The notes under the pieces: generated by a model
Told to the model about the DNA's origin: nothing
The model's database searches: none
Seen by the model: only the letters and a program-made list of their open reading frames with translations
Part shown: piece after piece, positions 1-13,882 of the stretch
Position numbering within the stretch: position 1 is the stretch's first letter
Layout: each line of letters starts with the position of its first letter
Translations under genes and position numbers: made by a program
Assembly (NCBI RefSeq): GCF_006345805.1
Contig: NW_021833233.1
Coordinates: 1 to 64,000 of the forward strand
Origin: Octopus sinensis
Lineage: Eukaryota
Direction of reading: 5' to 3'
Length of the DNA: 64,000 bases

Positions 1-240
1 ATGATGATGATGGTGATGATGATGACGACGATGATGATGATAATGATGATGATGAAGAAGAAGAGGAAGAAGAAGAAAAAAGAGAAGGGAGAATATGAAT
101 GGGTGAAAGTAGTGAGGTGTTGTATGACTTGAAGTTGGCACGTTATGGATTATAGCTGTGATTGGGACTGATTTGTGATGGATTCTTTGGAATGTAATAT
201 TTGTGTGTGTATTTCTTTTATTCTAAAGTTGAGGTATAGA
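1..240 (-). mobile_element. Penelope-like element 3' UTR remnant with GAT/GAA microsatellite
   Basis: Aligns by eye with 35170-35375 (agagaagggagaatatgaatggg...ttttattctaaagttgaggtata), which lies immediately downstream of a GIY-YIG ORF. Confidence 0.65.
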
Positions 241-287
241 TACATATATAAATATATTTATATATACACACAAGCACACACACACAG

Positions 288-350
<63 letters not shown>

Positions 351-477
351 ATACATATCGAAAGCAATATTAGATGAAAAGGGCCATCTATATATCATTT
401 TAATGTAAATACATCAGTGAAAGTCAATTTACTGCGGTATTTGGCCAGAGATAATATCTGTATGTATTAACTCAGAT

Positions 478-661
478 GGGACAAACAAGGACAGACAAAC
501 AGATTAAGTCGATTATATCGACCCCAGTGCGTAGCTGGTACTTATTTAATCGACCCCGAAAGGATGAAAGGCAAAGTCGACCTCGGTGGAATTTGAACTC
601 AGAACGTTGCAGCAGACGAAATATCTCTAAGCATTTCGCCCGGCGTGCTTAACGATTCTGC
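478..661 (-). mobile_element. tRNA-derived SINE family A (partial)
   Basis: Minus strand reads gcagaatcgttaagcacgccgggcg...gagttcaaattcc (A/B-box-like) then tttcatcctttcggggtcgattaaataagtaccag body; many copies in window. Confidence 0.9.
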
Positions 662-2229
662 ACATATCTATCTATCGCACTCTTCCTGTTTATCTTTGTA
701 TATATTTATGTGTTCGTAACTATGTATGTGTGTGTATGTATGTAGTTAGGTACGTGGGTGTGTATGTATGTATATATATATCAAAGCTAATTAAGATGCA
801 ATGTAGAGGGAAGTACAAAGAAGAGAATTTGTGTGTGTGTGTGTGTGTGTATGTGTGTGTGTGTATCTGTGTGTGTATGTGTGTGTGTACGTGTGCGTGT
901 AGAAATAAATGAAATGTAAAGAGTTAACCTCGAAGTATTTGTAGCATTTGTAAGTTGCAAAGTAGTCAAGTTTATGTACCTATGTGAAGAATTTTTTCGT
1001 TTCTAACACTATGGCATCTCTTATGATAATCTATAATAAAGCAACAATAGAATAAAAAAACCCTATTCGGTCATTTTTATTTCCTATTTGTCTATAGTTT
1101 CTCTTTCCCCACCACCACCACTACCAATTTTTTTTTTTAAAGAATCTATGTCTTTTTGTATATAATTCTGAGCGGTCAATAAAATATTCATAAATTCTTG
1201 ACTTGAAATCTAAGTTAATCTCATAAATATCAAATCAAAAGATGAGATTCTTAATGGAAACAGAGAATAAAAATCGAACAATGACAGTAAACACAACTAG
1301 GAGGAATTGAATATTGTTTCTAAGATGTGTGATGTTAGATAGAGCGAAAAGGTGAAAGTAGCAATAAGATGCCAATACAGTCTGCCTTATCCGATTTTTA
1401 GTAGGCCTAAGTATTCTAGTATCAAACGACTTCTGAAGCAATAGTTCTTTTTATCTATATACCTTTCATGTATAAATATATGTAATTATGATTATATTTT
1501 TTTCCCCGTTATCGATGTATTAAACGTCACCTAAATAATATTGTTAAAGAACTGTTCAGTAATAACAATAGTGGCTGAAGTTTTTAAGTAGGTCGGAGTC
1601 AAAGAACATTCGAAATGTAAAGTGGTTGTTAGTGCCTGCACATCCGGAACAAACAAGATGTGAAAGGGGGCGGGGATATGTTAGTAACATATATAATGTG
1701 AACAGACATGAAGCAGACCATCCCAGGAAGCTTTCGTCTATATAAGCGTGCGAGTTGAATTCTAACGAAATGTTTGAGATTATCCCGATAAGTAAGAGAA
1801 TTAGGTCCAATAAGATCAGCAGACTGAGACTTTTTTTTAACACTGTAGACAAGTCATATTCGGGTGGCTCTCGTATTCAAAGCCTTTTGATCAAAACAAT
1901 CGACATGTTTTCATCTTATGGATCCTTTTCAGTGAAGCGTACTCCAACATAAACAAGGAATACGTTAAGAGTACATGAGGGAACCTTCGAGCTAATGAAC
2001 TGGTGAATTTGTGACTGTCAATTGATTATAATTTTGTCACTTCCAATCTACGCCAACATTTTACGTCAAAAAGTCCGTTCAAGGAAGCGTCTATGCTATC
2101 TTTACCAAGAAATACTGCCAGATATATATTCCTAAATTACACACTACGCTTTGAAAAAGAATAGAAGTTACATATTGGTTAAAGATGTTTAATATAAAAC
2201 TAAAATACGTGTTAGTCTTAGTTCTTCCC

Positions 2230-2560
2230 GCTCTCCATTTCATATATGTTGTCCACGGGACTCCACTTAGTATGGTCTTAAACCTTGCCATAACCTTACT
2301 CCCAGGTTAGGTACTTCCAGGCCAGATCCTCCCCCACCCGTAACCACCAAATAGTGAGAGGTCAGCCTCGATTCTTAAGCACCATGTCTGGCTTCCGCTC
2401 TCTCGTGTAAAAGCCTGGAACCATAGGAATCAAGAGCTGATCTGTCTTTTCACCCATATGCCGATCATCATACGCTGTCTTACGGTGATAGTAGCCTGTG
2501 TGTTGCTCAGCCTGGCCCTTTTCTTAATATTTTCGTTCGTGATGTAGTCGTGATTGAGGG
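2230..2560 (-). pseudogene. Highly decayed RTE-type LINE C-terminal fragment
   Basis: Minus strand with frameshifts gives DYITNENIKKRARL...RMMIG(H)...TWCLRIEADL, resembling the RTE ORF end; weak. Confidence 0.35.
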
Positions 2561-3754
2561 AAAATAAATAAATGCTGACCTTTTTCCACGACTCACAGGC
2601 ATATGTCATTCTCGGCTTGACGAGGGATGTATTCGGGTGAAGTTAGGAGATTCAGTTCGGGAAACGGTGAACCATATAGATCACAGGCAGCGGTAGTGAG
2701 CTGCGGTGTGACGCGCTTCTTCATTTATCGATATAGTATAGTTTACCTTCGAAGTTTCTCTTGTATTTCAATGAGTTGTATCAGAGGCGATAAACAAATG
2801 CATGTCGAAAAAAAAAATATCCTTCACAAAATTCGAAACGATGACCATTTATTTCAAAAACATAAGTTTATGATTTTTCTAACCTCTGATGGTTAGTTGA
2901 GAAACTTAATTCGTTAAATTAAAAATAATGTTTAATCAATCGAAATTATAGCCGTTATATGATGGCTGCTTATGAGCTTCAATAAAAATTGCTGTGAAAA
3001 GAAGAAATAGATACAGAACTCTTGTAAAATATAAAAAATATAGAAGGCTTTGATCATAGAATTGCATGATCGGATTGTTAGGCTTAACAACAGTTTAAGG
3101 CGCTAACATTTTACTGCAAGTTTCTCTATTGAATTTGACTCGAGTAAAATCGAAATGGACTTTCTAACTCTTACACATATTTAACGGTTATGTTCGATTA
3201 TACACGTAAAATTTCAATTTTATGAGGGATAGTTAAATGAAATTATATAAAGTTCATACGTTTCATATTATAAGATTTAAACTAATAATTGTTCAATAAC
3301 ATTCTGGTTTGATCTTAGATAACTGCCTCGGTGAGCATAACTATTCAACAACGATCTTTAACTGGTATCTTGTGTAAAACAAGATAATAAAAATACATTA
3401 GGATGTAAAAGTCATACGAATAACTGAAATATCTAGCCTATGGTTATATTTGCTTTTCATGCACATGTGAAGGCGATATATATAAAAAAAAATACATGTG
3501 TCATAATATTGATGACAGTAATATGATGGAGAGATATGGGCGGCATATTACGGTGATTCGGTGCTTTATAAAACAAAATAGATGTTTGACTAGCAATAAA
3601 TCACTGAACATACCGATAGAAGTTTAAAAAATATAACTGAATATAGTATAAGAAGTGTATCGTATATGTGTGAGTGCGTGAATACATATATGAGCCTGTG
3701 TATATTTATATATATATATATATATACACATGTGTGTGTGTGTGTGTGTGTGGT

Positions 3755-4064
3755 GGAGGCGCGTGGCCTAGTGGTTAGAGCAGCGGACTAGCGGTCGAGG
3801 CATCGCGGGTTCGAATATCAGACCGGGCGATGTGTGTGTTTATGAGCGAAGCACCTAAAGCTCCACGCGGCTCCGGCAGAAGGTAATGGCGAAACGTCTG
3901 CTGACTCTTTCGCCAAAACATTCTTTCACACTTTCTACTTGCATCTTGCAGCTCACCTGCGACGGACCGGCGTCCCGTACAGGTGGGGAACCTATACGCC
4001 AAGGAAACTTGAAAACCGGCCCTATGAGCCAGGCGTGGTTCGTGAAGGAACAAACAAACAACAA
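3755..4064 (+). mobile_element. tRNA-derived SINE family C head with V-domain-like tail
   Basis: ggaggcgcgtggcctagtggttagagc (A box), gggttcgaat (B box), cctgcgacggaccggcgtcccgtacagg, (AAAC)n tail. Confidence 0.85.
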
Positions 4065-4304
4065 TATATCTGTCTGTGTGTCTATATATATAAACACATA
4101 CAAACTATATATTCAGCTTTATCATTATTCGTATTTTATTAACCATTGTCTGAAAACTTTCGTCACACGCCCTGTGACCTCTTCAGCGACTCTCCATCCC
4201 TCGTGTCTCCTCCTGTTCTGTTTGGTCCATTCTGTATTTCTATGACGTGTATCTGTGCATACGTTTGCGTGTCTGTCTGTGTGCGTATGTGTTTGTAAGG
4301 GTAT

Positions 4305-4335
<31 letters not shown>

Positions 4336-5414
4336 TTGTTCCCCAGTATTGCTTGACAGCCGATGCTGGTGCGTTTATGTACCCATAACTTAGCGGTTCG
4401 GTAAATGAGACCGATAGAATATGCGCGTGTCTATGTGCTTTGCATGTGTTTTGCGTGAGTGTATATGGACTTGCTTACTATGCTGTTTGTACCGGTGTCT
4501 TTTATTTATTTTATATACTTTTATATACTTATTTCTTTTTCTTTTCGTTAATCTGTATTAAGTGTGTGTTTGACTTGTGCGTGGGAATATGTGTTTATGT
4601 ATTACAAGGTTTGTATATGTGTCTATTTTTCTCTATGTCTCATTTCGTCTTCAGCTGTCATGTAGTGTAGTGTGTTAGTGGTCTATTAATGAATAGAACA
4701 ATAGTGACTCGAGGGACAAGAGTTTCGTTTATGACACAACGTTGTGTGTTAAGCCTCATGCAGAAAGCGCGTTGTACTTGGATCAGTTTTACATTTTCTC
4801 CCGCTTAAAATCTGTACACATACACACACACGCACATACAAACACACATACACAAACACACATACACACCACACACACACACAAATACACACATACACAT
4901 ACACACACGCATGCATGCATGCCTACATACATACATACATACATACATACATACAGACAGACAGACAGACAGCCAGCCAGCCAGACAGACAGACAGACAG
5001 ACAGACAGATAGGCAGGCAGGTACACAGCGACATTCACAAGCACACACTGAAATATAACGTTTTTATAAACACCAGTTATTTCACAAATTAACTAGACTT
5101 ATGGGTTGTATATATCTAATTGCATTTACCATAATATTATGAAATACTTCTTGACAGGCTAATGGACGTACAGTAAATATCAATAATCACTACTTACGTT
5201 GATGCTAAATTTTATGATCAAAATTTATACACCTCCTTAAGTATCAAAGTATGATTGGTATAACTATAAAATGCTTCGATTATGTGAATACCAATATTTG
5301 TAGTCTCAATGATGGCTGTCGTGACAACACCAACTTACACAGAAACACACATGTTTAGAAATATATGACTATATATGTATGTGTCTGTGTGTGTCAGTGT
5401 GTGTGAGTGTATTT

Positions 5415-5621
5415 TTGTGTCTATGTTTGTCACCCTACCATCGCATGACAACCGATGTTGGTGTGTTTTCGTCCCCGCAACGTAGCAATTCGGCAAAAGA
5501 AAACCGATGAAATAAGTACTAGGCTTACAAAGAATAAGTTGTGGGGTAGATTTGTTCGACTAACGGTGGTGCTCCAACATGGCCGCAGTCAAATGACTGA
5601 CAAAAGTTAAAGAATAAAAGA
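5415..5621 (+). mobile_element. SINE family B 3' half
   Basis: Ends in ggtggtgctccaacatggccgcagtcaaatgactga tail shared with full copies. Confidence 0.85.
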
Positions 5622-5715
5622 TCGACCATCAGATGTTGTTACACATCGCTGGTCACAATGCGTTCGCATTGTTTTAACCTTCGAATGACGCCACCCCGCT
5701 GGCTAAGCGAGCAGG

Positions 5716-5718
<3 letters not shown>
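5622..5718 (-). mobile_element. Short interspersed repeat fragment (separate family)
   Basis: Terminal accatcaga motif also seen at 15023-15031 after tcacgtgatcacatgacc; no coding capacity. Confidence 0.4.
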
Positions 5719-5771
<53 letters not shown>

Positions 5772-5951
5772 CATATAGGTTATGAGAGGTAATGGTGTCA
5801 ATAAGACCCAGAGGTGTCAGGTAATGCTGAGTAAGTGCTATGCACAGACCAGAGTTAAGCTTCCAGGTTCGGGGATTATGCAAATAAGGAATCCAACGTA
5901 GGTCATATATCATCATGCGTATATATATAATTTCTTTTTTATTTGCGAATG

Positions 5952-6152
5952 AGATAAAAATCCAAGGCCGTGAAAGATTTTAGAACATTTATAAATAGAA
6001 GGTCTTACAGATGTTTCCAAGATATTTCATATATCCCTTCAACGGAGACTTCTCACACCGTGTCAAATGAAGGGATATATAAAATATCCCGGAAACAGCC
6101 GTGAGACCAATTTATAAATGTTCTAAAATCTTTCAAGGCTTTGGATTTCTAT
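5952..6152. repeat. Inverted pair of decayed Penelope-type pLTR segments with hammerhead-like motifs
   Basis: About 95-bp imperfect inverted arms; clear homologue of 54712-55045; upstream 5773-5915 also matches 54575-54700. Confidence 0.7.
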
Positions 6153-6200
6153 CACATTCTGAAAAAAAAAATAATATATATATACATATATATATATATA

Positions 6201-6610
6201 TACTCTTTTACTTGTTTCAGTCATTTTACTGTAGCCATACTGGAGCACCGCCTTGAGTCGAGCAAATCGACCCCAGGACTTATTCTTTGTAAGGCTAGTA
6301 CTTATTCTATTGCTATTTTTTGCCGAACCGCTAAGTTACGGGGACGTAAACACACCAGCATCGGTTGTAAATCGATGATGGAGGGACAAACACAGACACA
6401 CAAATATATACACACACATACACACACATACATATATTCATATATACGACCGGCTTCTTTCAGTTTCCGTCTACCAAATCCACTCACAAGGCTTTGGTCG
6501 GACCGAGTCTATAGTAGAAGACACTTACCCAAGGTGCCACGCAGTGGAACTGAACCCGGAACCATGTGGTTCGTAAGGAAGCTACTTACCACACAGCCAC
6601 TCCTACGCCT
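6201..6610 (-). mobile_element. SINE family B, full length
   Basis: Minus strand ggcgtaggagtggctgtgtggtaag (A box)...gggttcagttcc (B box)...internal (AC/AT) tract...cagtaaaatgactgaaacaagtaaaagag tail. Confidence 0.9.
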
Positions 6611-7175
6611 ATATAAATATGCATTGTGATGATTTTTAGTGTATGGTATCGACAGTGTGGAGGGATTTTCCTTTTGTTGAGAGGAATAAAACATCATGTG
6701 CGAAATGACAAATGGTTTTAAATGCCAACTGTAAAATATCTCGCCTCAATTTATTTCAGATAGTCGAGATTGTTACGTAACCCCAACTGACAATGCAATG
6801 AAATTATTTATGTTATTTCTATCGTAGTGTTGCAGAAGGGAGCGAGATAAATGTATCCATTGTGATTCCCAATGTTTAAGGTGATGCTAGATAATACCGT
6901 AAAATATCTGACATGCATCCGAAACTCTATTTTCAAAATCATAATTTTCTAAACATTGAATAATACTTTTCTATATATGACATTTATTACTTGTTAACAT
7001 TCATCATATTTTTATGCGATTATTACATGAGGAATATTTATTAGCAATTGGGTGGTTCAAATCTCCATTCTTAGATATAGTTAGTGGTAGTTTAAGAAAC
7101 AACTACACTGTTATATTTATGAACTGATAGACAAGCCTGAGAAACTAGGAGATCCTGTTTCTTCTTTTTTTTTTT

Positions 7176-7770
7176 GCACACAAGGGGCTAAACATAGAGG
7201 GGACAAACAACGACAGACAAGGGGATTAAGTCGATTACATCGACCGTGGTGCGTAACTGGTACCTAATTTATCAACCGCGAAAGGATGAAAGGCAAAGTT
7301 GACCTCGGCGGAATTTGAACTCAGAACGTAGCGGCAGACGAAATACCTTTTTCCATTTCTTTACTACCCACAAGGGGCAAAACACAGAGAGGACAAACAA
7401 GGACAGACAAACGGATTAAGTCGACTATATCGACTCCAGTGCGTAACTGGTATTTATTTAATCGACCCCGGAAGGATGAAAGGCAAAGTCGACCTCGGCG
7501 GAATTTGAACTCAGAACGTAGCGGCTGACGAAATACCTATTTCTTTACTACCCACAAGGGGCTAAACACAGAGGAGACAAACAAAGACAGACAAACGGAT
7601 TAAGTCGATTACATCGACCCCAGTGCGTAACTGGTACTTATTTAATCGACCCCGAAAGGATGAAAGGCAAAGTCGACCTCGACGGAATTTGAACTCAGAA
7701 CGCAGCAGCGGGCGAAATATCCCTAAGCCGATCGCCCGGCGTGCTTAGGATTCTGCCAACTCGCCACCTT
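7176..7770 (-). mobile_element. SINE family A, three-unit concatemer
   Basis: One A-box head at right end, three tandem bodies of about 185 bp. Confidence 0.9.
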
Positions 7771-8087
7771 GCGGTCCTGCCACCTCGCCGTCTTGAGGAC
7801 CTGAGAAACTAGCAGGTCCAATTTTCTGCTGGGCCCTCCATCGTGTGTCAAGTTGAAATTTAACTGGTCATGCTAATTAAAGCAGTCATTGGTATCTATT
7901 TTCAAAACTATGCTCTTAGCTTCAGTTCCACATTAATATATGACGGGCAACATAAACGCAGAACCGAAGTAAAGCTGAGGCTACGAATTATACATTTTTA
8001 CTCTTACATTCGTGACTGGTGTTATAACATTCTTCTGTCTGGTCACTATAACGTTGCATAGAACATATCTATAGATTTATAGCCAGA

Positions 8088-8485
8088 CTAGCAGTATCGC
8101 CCGGCGTTGCTCGGGTTTGTAAGGGAAATAACTATATAAGCATTTTTAGAGAGTTATAGCAAAATAATAGCAAAAAAATGCATTAAAAATGGGAAAAAAA
8201 TTATGATAAATTTGTTTTAAATCGTTGACTCATCGTAGACATCTTTAGAGAGTTTCTTCCCTTATATAATAGCGAAAAAAATGCATTAAAATGGAAAAAA
8301 ATTATGGTAATTTTTTTTTTAAATCGTAGACTCATCGTAGACGCGCGCTAATACCCAGAAGGGCTCGATATGAATCACGACTATAAGATACCCGGTTTTG
8401 GTTAAACTGCACCGCAAAATGTGGGAGTAGTTAGGAATCTAAATCGTAGGAGACAGACACACAACTTCACTTTTATATATAAAGA
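8088..8485 (-). mobile_element. Non-autonomous Helitron
   Basis: Minus strand A|TCTTTATATATAAAAG...cccgagcaacgccggg hairpin...CTAG|T; homologous to 22798-23688. Confidence 0.85.
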
Positions 8486-8514
8486 TATGCATGTTAGGGC
8501 AAATATAAACTTTA

Positions 8515-8926
8515 TACTCTTTACTCTTTACTCTTCTACTTGTTTCAGTCATTTGACTGCGGCCATGCTGGAGCACCGCCTTTAATCGAGCAACTCGACC
8601 CCGGGACTTATTCTTTTTGTAAGCCTAGTACTTATTGTATCGGTCACTTTTGCCGAACCGCTAAGTGACGGGGACATAAACACACCAGCTTTGGTTGTCA
8701 ATCAATGCTAGGGGGACAAACACAGACACACAAGCTCATACACGCATATATATACATATATACGACGGGCTTCTTTCAGTTTCCGTCTACCAAATCCACT
8801 CACAAGGCTTTGGTCGGCCCGAGGCTATAGTAGAAGACACTTGCCCAAGGTGCCACGCAGTGGTACTGAACCCGGAACCATGTGGTTGGTAAACAAGCTA
8901 CTTACCACACAGCCACTCCTACGCCC

Positions 8927-8959
<33 letters not shown>

Positions 8960-9120
8960 TATGACGGGCTTCTTTTCAGTTCCCGTCTACCAAATCCACT
9001 CACAAGGCTTTGGTCGGCTCGAGGCTATAGTAGAAGACACTTGACCAAGGTGCCACGCAATGGTACTGAACCCGGAACCATGTGGTTGGTAAACAAGCTA
9101 CTTACCACACAGCCACTCCT
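8515..9120 (-). mobile_element. SINE family B full copy plus tandem partial duplicate of its 5' half
   Basis: 8515-8925 full; 8961-9120 repeats 8760-8920. Confidence 0.9.
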
Positions 9121-9899
9121 GTATATGTATATGTTTATATTTAATGATATCGTGGACAAAAAATAAAAAAAGACAGGTGACGTGCAACACGTTTCTATTC
9201 GACAGCTGTGTGTATTTCTGATCTATCCACGAACACAATTCTCTTAAACCCACCGGTATTAGAGGCAAAAGTAAATGGAATGGAAAAAAATTAGCATATT
9301 TAATACTCTCATTGCAACCACTTGGAATATTAAACTGTTGTATATTGTTTCGCTGCTAGAGTATACGGTTGAACATAACTATAGATGTTTAACCAACAAC
9401 ATATATCGCAAAGAATCTAGCATTATATTTATATGTTTACACACTTCACTGATGTCAGCCGCTTCAGAAGAAGTTTTAATATGCCAGGAAGGTGCACAGT
9501 TGCTGACAAAATTTCAAATAGAGTTGAAACACGCGTCATGTACAGATATGTCTTATTTTTTTCCTATCCACAGCGATATTGTGTGTGTAGACGTAATGTC
9601 TGCATTCATCATAGCATACAGTGTTGACTAAAAATCAATAGATACATTATACATTAAATTATAGCAACTTTACTGTATCAGTACAACTTACTCTGTACTT
9701 GACCAAAATTCGGTTAACAATTTGAAAACTTACCATCTCTAAGTGTTGATTTATTTTGAAGAGAAAGCATACAATAAGATCTGCTAGAAGATACACGCGA
9801 GAATTATTCGTGGAACAAGAGAAACAAAACAAAGATGTAGACAAATTTATGATTAGTTCGATTCTTGGTATATGATAACATAGAATGATTAACAGTTTG

Positions 9900-10319
9900 G
9901 GATCTTTTCGATTTGAACGGCAGTTTTTTTTAATAATTTCCACGTAACTAAACACTTTTAAACTTCGTATACTGGTAGTATGTGTTTATAAAACATCTTT
10001 TTCTCTTGGCTTTATAGAGAACATTCTATAGTTTGTAAGATATTTGTTGTTTTTTTCTTCAATTTCTGCAATTTCAACCAATCAGTGACGTCTATTGTGT
10101 TAAAAAGCATTCTGTGCCGTATGAAAATGTCCCTCGTTTAAGAAACAGATTGGGTTTATTTACATTTCTGAAGGAAAAAAGACACCCTTCCACCACCCAT
10201 AACCCTAACTAACCCTAAAATAGATTGAAATGCAATAGATGGATACTAGCGTCATAATTATGGGTGACAATTTCATATGACACCGCTAGAAAAAACTGCC
10301 GTTCAAACCGAAAAGATCC
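9900..10319. mobile_element. Merlin-like MITE, 420 bp
   Basis: TIR ggatcttttcg(a/g)tttgaacggcagtttttt; perfect 8-bp TSD ACAGTTTG (9892-9899, 10320-10327); GG termini with 8-bp TSD fit the Merlin superfamily. Confidence 0.8.
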
Positions 10320-10377
10320 ACAGTTTGTAAAAAGGCATTAAAAACTGTGTGATCAACAAAATATGAGTGACATTTAA

Positions 10378-11218
10378 TCCCGATGGATTATCCCGAGTTT
10401 ACTCGTGCATCGCAAATGTATTTTTTAGAATCAGACGAGTATACATGGTCAAAAGTAACTTTTAATTTTAGCACTCAAACGAGTTTAATTGTTTCGTGTT
10501 GTTTCATTTTTGAGCAATCACGAAATTATTTGCGTTGTTTAAAAAAAAAAAGGGTTTTTTTTTTTTGATGGATCTGGCTATCTGGAATGCTTATATTTTG
10601 TATTTAAGCATGTTTGGAAACTTCAGTTTCTGCTATGAAACCGCTGAAATTTAGAATGCAAGTAATAACCAAGATTATTAAAAAAAATATTGGCCTTATA
10701 GCCTCCCACGAAACCAAGAAGAACATCATCGATCCCACGTCTAACAAGAAATGTCCCAGCTGGTCGCTTTCCCATGGAAATACCACCAAGTGATAAGAAA
10801 AAGAACCCTACAAGACAGTGTGCAAAATGCGTAGAGAAGAGAGACGCTAAAGGAAAGAAGATTCGAAGAGTAAGCAGATACACGTGTGATGTCTGCAAGA
10901 TAACTTTGTGTGTAACTGCTTGTTTCAAAAAATTATCATTCTGAATAAACTATCTCATTTTTAAAAAATGTTCCTTTGATTTAAAAGCAATACATCTTAT
11001 AAAAAAGATAGTTAAGTTATACGTATTTTTTCAATCTCTGATTTAACTCGTTTAAATCCAAATGAGTAAAAGTACATTTTAATTGCTATTATAAAAAATA
11101 AAGGAAACAAGACAAAAAACTGTTTTTTGTAATTAACACAGCGTATATAATTAAAAAAAGAAAAAAAATTATGCTCTGAAATGAAACCCCATGTCAAAAT
11201 AATTCATCCATTAAGGGA
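10378..11218 (+). mobile_element. Internally deleted piggyBac element
   Basis: TTAA at both flanks (10374-77, 11219-22); imperfect TIR tccc..atggat; carries transposase C-terminus. Confidence 0.75.
10541..10948 (+). pseudogene. piggyBac transposase C-terminal remnant with cysteine-rich domain
   Basis: KKRVFFFLMDLAIWNAYILY...KPLKFRMQVITKII...RLTRNVPAGRFPMEIPPSDKKKNPTRQCAKC...RRVSRYTCDVCKITLCVTACFKK(YH), with frameshifts. Confidence 0.85.
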
Positions 11219-11316
11219 TTAAAGAAGCTAGAAATGGTTATTTTATAGAAACAACAATTTTGAGGAGATATTACTAAAAACTGAGAAAAGATGAGAAAAT
11301 ATTACTCTTTTTGAAT

Positions 11317-11541
11317 TCTCTTTACTCTTTTACTTGTTTCAGTCATATGACTATGGCCATGCTGGGGCACCGCCTTTAGTCGAGCAAATCGACCCCAGGA
11401 CTTATTCTTTGTAAGCCTAGTACTGATTCTATCGGTCTCTTTAGCCGAACCGCTAAGTTACGGGGACGTAAATACACCACCATCTGTTGTCAAGCGATAT
11501 TGGGGGGACAAACACAGACACACAAACACACACACACACAC

Positions 11542-11617
<76 letters not shown>

Positions 11618-11784
11618 CATACGACGGGCTTCTTTCAGTTTCCGTCTACCAAATCCACTCACAAGACTTTGGTCAGCCCGAGGCTATAGTAGAAGACACT
11701 TGCCCAAGGTACCATGCAATGGGAATGAACCGGAACCATGTGGTTGGTAAGCAAGCTACTGTCCACAGAGACACTCCTGCGCCT
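11317..11784 (-). mobile_element. SINE family B, full length
   Basis: Same head, internal microsatellite and tail as 6201-6610. Confidence 0.9.
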
Positions 11785-12345
11785 AGAAATTGCATTACAT
11801 TAGAAATTGTATCACATTAGAAATTTGCAGACAAATTTCCCTCAAATAACATAAAAACCGCCTTAAATGAGGGCGATATAGAATGCGCTGAATAATGGAG
11901 CTTCCAGCTTCAGTGTTAGGCATAGGCATCGATTGGTGAATAAGAAGGTTGCATTACGATGACGGGGTTTTGTATTCAACCACGGTGGCAGCAAGGTAGT
12001 CAAAGGCTTTCCGTTATAGCCTGGAGCCGAGTAATGCCTTGTAATTTAAATTAATGACTATAATTACATACACATACGCGTATATATAATTTTGTTACTT
12101 TTTGTCGCTGACAATTTTACAATGGGTGTTGGTTTGTTTACGTCTCAGTTACTTATTAGAACGGCAAATTTTATCGAGAGTGTCATTTTAAAAATTAGTA
12201 GGAGCGATTCGAACGGTTAGGCTTTTGAAAGATGTACACCTGCATGGTCGCTCTCCAATATCGGAAACGACTGAATGAATAAACATATACATATGTGTGT
12301 GTGTGTGAGTGAGCGTGTATATACAGGCATAATAACATATATATG

Positions 12346-12426
<81 letters not shown>

Positions 12427-12514
12427 TATGCATATATATATATATATATACATATATATGCATATATATTGAGAGATGTAGATATATACATGCACATATA
12501 TATATCTATCTACG

Positions 12515-12566
<52 letters not shown>

Positions 12567-12661
12567 CCTCCATCTATATATATATACATATATATATATA
12601 TATACACATCTATATATATATTTACACATCTATATATATTAATATATACATGCATATATAC

Positions 12662-12693
<32 letters not shown>

Positions 12694-12827
12694 ATACATA
12701 TACATATATATATACATATATATATATATATACATCTACATATATATATACATGCATATATATGTATATATATATATACACATGCATATTTATATATACA
12801 CACATACACACACACACACACACACCA

Positions 12828-12878
<51 letters not shown>

Positions 12879-13844
12879 CTGAGAGAGAGAACGAGAGAGA
12901 GCATTTATGTATGTTTATATATCTACTACGTTACTGGTTCACAACCATCAAATATAAATTGGTAAAATCGAACTGAACCGTTTCCATTAGATTATGTGTA
13001 ATTCTGTCACGTATTTCATTGTTCCAGTGGTCGGGACTCTATCGCCAAGCGACAAGTAATTTCATATGAACTTCGTCTCCTGTTACACGGCTTCACTTAA
13101 CATATTCTTACTGACGACCATTAAATAAATTGATATTTAAATGAAATCAATCATGTAATAAGAGTTACATTACAAAATAAAGTGCCATAACAGCCTGTCA
13201 GGTACATTAAAATAAAATCAACTTGTTGAACTTCTGTTATAGCGGAAAGCAGGAGATTGTACTGTAGGCGAAATATCTCGCGGGGAGCTCTGACTGGAAG
13301 TTGATCGTAGCCGTTGAAAATAGTTGATTTCGAATCCCCCTAGTGGTCATATTTTACATAAGTGATTCAATAAAACAATTACAGAAACGAGTTCCATGTT
13401 GCGATGTTTCACGCACTAACAAGAATTAAAAGGTTATGGAGGGTACGTACCTCAGAGAAATACGCTAGGAATAATTCAGAGGTTAGATGAATTTCAATTA
13501 CAATAAAAATATTATACATATATATATATAAATCATGTGTGCGAATACACACACACACACGTATATTTTTATACATATGTATGTATGTATAATGTATATA
13601 TATATATAAGTGTGTACGTATGTATATGTGGTCATGTTATACATATATACGTATATATGTCTGTTTGTGCATGTGAATGTATATATATATATATATATCA
13701 TATATTATATGCGTAAATATATGAATATATATATGTATATGTATATTATACATATTATATATGTATATATGAATAGTTGACCATGTGTGTATCGTTGACG
13801 ATCTTTTTCCCTTCGTCTTCTCTTCCTTGGATCTTTCCCTTTTC

Positions 13845-13882
13845 TATGTTCCTGACGAAGAGCTCCGCTCGAAACGTTAAAT
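13845..13882 (+). ncRNA. Minimal hammerhead-like motif (Penelope pLTR type)
   Basis: CTGACGA-a-gagc(tcc)gctc-GAAA-cgtta; stem I weak. Confidence 0.5.

Noticed and set aside
1556-1852. 98-aa hydrophobic ORF on minus strand
   Set aside because: No recognisable family or convincing splice context; AT-rich chance ORF is likely
9275-9631. 118-aa ORF, and a possible minus-strand gtaagt intron at about 9644-9732
   Set aside because: No homology recognised; spliced products are short and stop-limited
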